A program made the position numbers and the translations under genes. A stretch of DNA of 11,016 nt from Candidatus Heimdallarchaeota archaeon (lineage in GTDB: Archaea > Asgardarchaeota > Heimdallarchaeia > JABLTI01), in NCBI GenBank assembly GCA_030614005.1, contig JAUWKS010000091.1:1-11016 (forward strand), given 5' to 3'. The notes under the pieces are model-generated. The model worked only from the letters and a program-made list of their open reading frames with translations, had not been told where the DNA came from and made no database searches. Numbering within the stretch: position 1 is the first letter of the stretch; each line of letters opens with the position of its first letter. Below, piece after piece: positions 6,307 to 11,016 of the stretch.

Positions 6307-7509
6307 ATGACTGCTCTGATTCTTAAGACAAATGATTTTGAACCAATCCTTCTCACTAAAGCTCTTGATTCTTGGGTTTGGGATACTGATGGGAAGAAAT
6401 ATTTGGATTGTGTGTCGGGAACGTGGACATGTAATTTAGGGCACAAACACCCAAAAATCATCCAAGCAATGAAGGAACAAATAGATGCGATAATACATCG
6501 CTGTATGAGATTCCACACACCTATTACACTTGAAGCTGCAGAGCAAGTGTTAAGTTTCCTACCAGCTAAATATGATAAAATTACGTTTCTAAATAGCGGC
6601 AGTGAAGCAATGGAATTTGCAATTTCATTTGCAAGAAATGTAACTGGCAAAACAAAGATATTATCACTGAAGGATTCATATTTAGGAGCTTTCGGTGTTG
6701 CTAAGGAGTCCTCTTATACATCCACAAAAGCATCAAAATTAAAAATACCCTATCCTGAGTGTAATTCAACAAATTGTAATTGTTTAGACGATTTTGATAC
6801 ATTGATTGACCACGTAATGGAAAATTACTCTTCAGAACTTGCGTGTTTTGTACTTGAACCAATAATGGTTTCAGGTGGAGTTCATAAAGCATGTAACAAA
6901 TTCATTTCTATATTGTGCCAGCAATTACAAAGCGCAGGAGTTCTTGTTATTGCAAACGAAGTAACTACAGGATTTGGGCGATCCGGTTTTAGATTTGGTC
7001 ATCAATATTTCGATATTAATCCTGATGTTGTGGTTATGGGTAAAGCTTTAGGAAATGGTTATCCTGTTAGTGCAATAGCCACTCGTTCAGATTTAGAATC
7101 AAAACTTGGTCAATCAAATTATTATTATGCTCAATCTCATCAATTGGATCCTTTAGGAACAGCAGTAGCAAATTCTGTTGTAGATGTATTCAAGAATGAA
7201 CAAATCATCGAAAAAAGTCAAGATAAGATTAAGCAATTTAATACCTTTTTCAAATCATTATCGTATCCTTTTATCAAAGAAGTTAGATCATTTGGTATGA
7301 TTTTTGGTGTTCAAATTCAACCTATAGAAGGTAAGACTTGCAAGGAATTAATACTCGAGATAAAAGATGCTCTACTAGAAGAAGGTGTACTTGTTGGCAT
7401 TAGCTTAGGGAAAGAATTGCTGCGTTTATTACCATCACTCACGATAACAGATGATGATCTTGAATTCTTTATGAAGAAATTTGTGAAAGTACTGGATAAA
7501 GTTGAATGA
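6307..7509 (+). CDS. Class-III PLP-dependent aminotransferase-fold protein with a divergent active site
   Basis: YLDCVSG..CNLGH, FLNSGSEA, FVLEP, NEVTTGFGR and Schiff-base Lys in MGKALGNG. True start is probably ATG 6307; the 6172-6306 extension is low-complexity intergenic sequence. Confidence 0.9.
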   Translation: MTALILKTNDFEPILLTKALDSWVWDTDGKKYLDCVSGTWTCNLGHKHPKIIQAMKEQIDAIIHRCMRFHTPITLEAAEQVLSFLPAKYDKITFLNSGSEAMEFAISFARNVTGKTKILSLKDSYLGAFGVAKESSYTSTKASKLKIPYPECNSTNCNCLDDFDTLIDHVMENYSSELACFVLEPIMVSGGVHKACNKFISILCQQLQSAGVLVIANEVTTGFGRSGFRFGHQYFDINPDVVVMGKALGNGYPVSAIATRSDLESKLGQSNYYYAQSHQLDPLGTAVANSVVDVFKNEQIIEKSQDKIKQFNTFFKSLSYPFIKEVRSFGMIFGVQIQPIEGKTCKELILEIKDALLEEGVLVGISLGKELLRLLPSLTITDDDLEFFMKKFVKVLDKVE

Positions 7510-7612
7510 TTTAATATTCATTAATAACATCGGAGAATTATATCAAGACACTTCTCTGATTTCTTCTCTTTTCGTAATAAAACTTTAGAACCGTCAAACC
7601 CAATATCTCATT

Positions 7613-8437
7613 ATGTCTGTAACAATAGGTTTGATCTACTTTTCAGCAACTGGAAATACTAGAACAATTGCTGCTACCATAAAAAATGAATTAGAAGCAA
7701 AAGAAGTCATTGTGAAAGAATTTGATATTACTTCACTGACAGACAGAGAAAAAGAAATTCCATTATCAAAACTCGATTACATTATTTTTGGATTTCCAAT
7801 TTATGGGCGGAAAATTCCTAGTGTAGTAAAAAAGTGGCTTGAAACTATTTCCGGAAACAATCAAAGGTGTGGTATGTTTTTCACCTATGGTGGACCAATG
7901 CGAGGGGACATCCATAATGAAACAAAGGTTTTGCTAGAAGCACGAAACTTTATTGTTATCGGTTCAGCGGAAATGTTAGGTAAACATTCATTCAATGTAG
8001 TAAAAGGGTGGGAGCTTTTGAAAGATCATCCTAACGTAGATGATTTCAATATTACAAAAGAATATACACATAAATTATTAGAGAAATTTAGAAGAGCAAA
8101 AATTGACCCAATTGAGTTTCCCCTTGCTGAAGATAATTTACTGCCACCCGATCCAAATAGAAAGAGCAAAAGGATGATAACTCAATATCCTTCTAGAAAC
8201 GATAAAGATTGTTGTATGTGTCGCGATTGTGAAGAATTGTGTTCTACTGGAGCATTTAATGCAGATTTAGGAAAAGCGGAAGCTGAAAAGTGCATTCTTT
8301 GCATGCGATGTTTAGCTATCTGCCCCGATCAAGTAATTGAGATCAATGATATGACAGAAGCATTTCAGGATTTTGTTGAAAGATTGGGATTAACTCCAGA
8401 ATTACTTGCAAGTAGAAAGAGTCAGTATTTCATCTGA
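7613..8437 (+). CDS. EFR1-family protein: N-terminal flavodoxin-like domain fused to a 2x[4Fe-4S] ferredoxin
   Basis: YFSATGNT flavodoxin loop and GFPIYG. Two CxxCxxCxxxC motifs: CCMCRDCEELC and CILCMRCLAICP. Confidence 0.88.
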   Translation: MSVTIGLIYFSATGNTRTIAATIKNELEAKEVIVKEFDITSLTDREKEIPLSKLDYIIFGFPIYGRKIPSVVKKWLETISGNNQRCGMFFTYGGPMRGDIHNETKVLLEARNFIVIGSAEMLGKHSFNVVKGWELLKDHPNVDDFNITKEYTHKLLEKFRRAKIDPIEFPLAEDNLLPPDPNRKSKRMITQYPSRNDKDCCMCRDCEELCSTGAFNADLGKAEAEKCILCMRCLAICPDQVIEINDMTEAFQDFVERLGLTPELLASRKSQYFI

Positions 8438-8446
8438 ATTATACAG

Positions 8447-8460
8447 AAAAATAAAAAAAG
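8447..8460 (-). terminator. Oligo-T terminator candidate downstream of the DAG-kinase-like gene
   Basis: Minus strand reads CTTTTTTTATTTTT about 25 nt past the stop at 8485. Confidence 0.35.
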
Positions 8461-8484
8461 AATAAGCATTTTTGTGGAAAAAGC

Positions 8485-9458
8485 TCATTGTTTAGGAATA
8501 TTGGTTGAGAAAGCATTGGCATTTAGCCATCCTTCGCGTTCGAGGACTTTGTCCGACATCTTAAGAATTTTCAAAACTTTATGACGGCAAATGTACGTAT
8601 GTGGTACTGGACCTAAGTATTCGCCCATTGCATGTCCATATACTGGCTTTTTGGAGTTTGAACTAATGGTGACTTTTTTCCCTTGAAGGACTTCGACTTT
8701 TTTACGGTGTATATGTGTGCCATTTCCTAGTTTCGAAGAGGTGATTAATGAATCTATTAATGAGGTATCTCCAACAATCATAATATCCAATAATCCATCA
8801 TCAATGATAGCATCTGGAGTAACCATCATTCCGCCACCTATCCTTTGACCATTGCCAACCTTGTTGTTAACGATTTTATATCTTTAACAATTCTACCATC
8901 ATCGATATCAATATGAAAATGTCTTGGACGATATCTGAATATTGAGTTAACTAAAGCGAAATAATAAACCATTCTTGTATTTTTATCAGTAACTTGCGAA
9001 GAGACATCTGCATCTAATCCTGCACCTGCTACTCCCATACAAAATCGTTCTCCATCGTTAATTTCAATACAATCGATTTTACGTTCCTCTCTTTTTTGGA
9101 GCATTTCAATGAGATCATCTAAGTCATGTGTCTGACGAATATTGAATGCATTATCATTTCCGCGTCCAACTGGAAGAATTGCTAGCGTGCTCTTAAAACC
9201 GGCTTGACCAATTCCTGTTACAGTTTCAGTAACTGTGCCATCTCCACCAAAAACAACAATAAGCTTATGATCATCGCTTGCTTTTTTAGCAATTTCTGTA
9301 GCGTCATGTCTTTCTTTTGTCCATTCAACGTCAAAATCAAAACCAGCATTTTTCAATGCTTCTTCGTACTTTGGCCATTTCTTTTTTGCTTTACCACCAT
9401 GTGAGGTTGGGTTACATATAATTTTCATTTGCCATTTCTCCTGTTTATTTGACGACAT
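8485..9458 (-). pseudogene. YegS/Rv2252/BmrU-family (diacylglycerol kinase-like) lipid kinase split by a 1-nt frameshift at 8860/8861
   Basis: ORF 8838-9458 has NPTSHGG, GGDGT and GRGND. The minus strand at the break reads TCG TTA ACA ACA AG|GTT GGC AAT GGT CAA AGG ATA GGT GGC GGA ATG. The family motif VGNGQRIGGG therefore continues in the -1 frame into ORF 8485-8829 (TPDAIIDDGLLD). Start is 9458, or 9428 with AGGAG upstream. Confidence 0.88.
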
Positions 9459-9682
9459 AAATAAATTTAATTTTACATTATCTTATCATTTGCTTTTTTA
9501 GTTCTTTCGGTTTAGAGAGTACTTGTAATGAATAAATGAACAGAAAAGCAATTGTTTTCCAAATTTCATCTTTTTTCTTTTAAAGTTAAATTTTAGAGCA
9601 AAGTTTGAGAGAATAACATTAGTTCTAGCTAATTCCACAAGTATCAACTTATATATTGGAGATTCCCTTTCAAAATTAGCAA

Positions 9683-10600
9683 TTGTTGTCCGTTCTAAAA
9701 CAAATACAGGATGCGGAATTTAAATTGAAGAATGCCAAACTAAAAAAACAAGAACAAGAAATTGCAAAAGTTCTGAAAAAAAGGTTCAATAAAATAACTG
9801 ATCCGAATTATTCATTGTTTGATGAAGAATACAAACGCTTTTCATTCATGAATCGTATTTTTTGGGTGTTCTTGCTTGGAGGATTACCTCTATTTGTTCT
9901 AGGACTCGTTTTACTTATTTTAGGAAATATTTTTGGAATTATACCCATTACTTTTGGTGGTATGGGAATAATGATGCTAATGTACTTACCTATCTTGATA
10001 ATAGATCACCGGAAATTTAAGCCCATAATGGAATTGAAAGAAAAGAAGCAAATAGATAGATTATTGGAAATAGCCAAGAAATACAGTTTATCCAATAGTA
10101 CCACGGATCAAGAACGAGCAAGAATAGCAACCTATCTTTTGATTGATTTTAAATCCAAAGAAGTAGCCAACATTTTGAAAACTCGTTTGCAACAGAGAAA
10201 ACCTGGAAGTATTCGACTCTTACTAAGAGCATATTATCTTTTAGCAATTAAGTTAGGATATAATGATCATATAGAGATGTTTTATGATGAAGATTTATTC
10301 AAAGGAAGAGTAAAAGAACAGAAGAAATTCGTAGATGATGTTGATAACGAAATTGTTGTTCCAATAAGCAAGATTTACTATATTGATGAAATACCCAACG
10401 AGGCAAAATGTATGATTACAGGCTTAACATTTGACTTTAGTACAGATGAAATTGTTGTTTGCCCTTATTGTTCTGCATGGGCAAAAAGAGAATTGTTAGC
10501 TTCTTGGTTAGGTGAAAATGATTTCTGTCCTGTTTGTCGTCGAGAATTGCATCTATCAGATTGTCCTACTGTACAATATTCTCCTAAAAAGAAACGTTAG
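9683..10600 (+). CDS. Two-TM membrane protein with a C-terminal degenerate RING-like zinc domain
   Basis: Hydrophobic hairpin IFWVFLLGGLPLFVLGLVLLILG / IFGIIPITFGGMGIMMLMYLPILII. C-terminal CMIT-x13-CPYC-x11-W-x6-CPVCR motif at 10409-10540. Confidence 0.75.
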   Translation: MLSVLKQIQDAEFKLKNAKLKKQEQEIAKVLKKRFNKITDPNYSLFDEEYKRFSFMNRIFWVFLLGGLPLFVLGLVLLILGNIFGIIPITFGGMGIMMLMYLPILIIDHRKFKPIMELKEKKQIDRLLEIAKKYSLSNSTTDQERARIATYLLIDFKSKEVANILKTRLQQRKPGSIRLLLRAYYLLAIKLGYNDHIEMFYDEDLFKGRVKEQKKFVDDVDNEIVVPISKIYYIDEIPNEAKCMITGLTFDFSTDEIVVCPYCSAWAKRELLASWLGENDFCPVCRRELHLSDCPTVQYSPKKKR

Positions 10601-10894
10601 TTAGCTAGTAAATTTCTTCCTTTCTTTGCTAGCTTTACTTTGAACTTTTTTAATGAATTTTGCTTTTCCTTCTGTGTAAGCAATTCGATCGTTTTTGTAT
10701 TTTTTAGCTAATCCCATCTTGAGGTTATTGTATTCTTTTGCAGTTTCCGGATGAGTGCGCAAATACTCTCTGAAAAGGATATTCTTTTCCCAATTCTCCG
10801 TGTTAACTTCAACTAAGTAAAGGTGGATTTTTATTCCATTTATAGATTTATCAAGTGCCTTTCTTTCTGAAATACCCTCTATACTTTTCGTCAT
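10601..10894 (-). pseudogene. C-terminal half of a GrpB (UPF0157) family protein, 5' half missing at the repeat junction
   Basis: IHLYLV...W..NILFREYLRTHPETAKEYNNLKMGLA...DRIAYTEGKAKFI matches the GrpB C-terminal pattern (HLHV..W..LLFRDYLR.HP..Y..LK..LA..DR..YT..K..FI). The N-terminal HIGST/PIIDI motifs are absent. The apparent ATG is the last 3 nt of repeat copy B. Confidence 0.8.
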
Positions 10895-11016
10895 GGTCTA
10901 TCTTGGTTAACGAGCTCTAATAAGAGTTAGAGTTAACTTTTGACTTTCTGCGAGTCCGCCCAACTCCCCGAAGGGAGGAACTTTCGTTTGACGTTTGGCT
11001 GTATGTCGCTAAAAAA
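10892..11016 (-). repeat. Dispersed structured repeat, copy B (cut off by the window end)
   Basis: Reverse complement is about 90% identical to 78-201. The hairpin loop here is cTTCGg. Same terminal ...CAAGATAGACCATG. Similarity runs to the last base of the window. Confidence 0.95.

Noticed and set aside
6204-6892. 148-aa and 63-aa ORFs on -
   Set aside because: Antisense shadows of the aminotransferase.
9204-9404. 66-aa ORF on +
   Set aside because: Antisense shadow of the lipid kinase gene.
78-11016. Single 10.9-kb transposon bounded by terminal inverted repeats
   Set aside because: No transposase inside, the repeats are 10% diverged, the outer ends are not visible, and the inner junction of copy B cuts a host gene. 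This fits independent insertions better.
1-11016. CRISPR array, tRNA, rRNA or tandem repeats
   Set aside because: No regularly spaced direct repeats, cloverleaf or rRNA-like sequence was seen on either strand.

Overview
AT-rich prokaryotic DNA, probably an Asgard (Heimdallarchaeia-like) archaeon. This is inferred from GGTGA/GAGGT-type Shine-Dalgarno motifs, TATA-like promoters, oligo-T terminators and a C-terminal RING-like membrane protein; it was not checked against a database. The interior is a patchwork of unrelated accessory and metabolic genes: DinB-family protein, truncated alpha/alpha-toroid protein, GH20 hexosaminidase, TPR protein, full-length alpha/alpha-toroid protein, SDR, divergent class-III aminotransferase, EFR1 flavodoxin-ferredoxin, frameshifted YegS/DAG-kinase, membrane RING-like protein and a GrpB C-terminal fragment. 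The most striking feature is non-coding. Both ends of the window carry a copy of the same structured element (78-201 on +, 10892-11016 on -). By manual alignment the copies match at 113 of 125 columns and point inward. Both end at the identical ...CAAGATAGACCATG junction. The right copy sits directly on a 5'-truncated gene in the sense orientation, and the left copy may do the same. The differences between copies fall mainly in loops. In the longer left copy, a hairpin loop can pair with the last 7 nt of the element. This looks like the 3' end of an RNA-structured mobile element (TnpB omegaRNA / IStron-like or intron-like), but no transposase, nuclease or RT gene lies in the window, so its identity remains a hypothesis.
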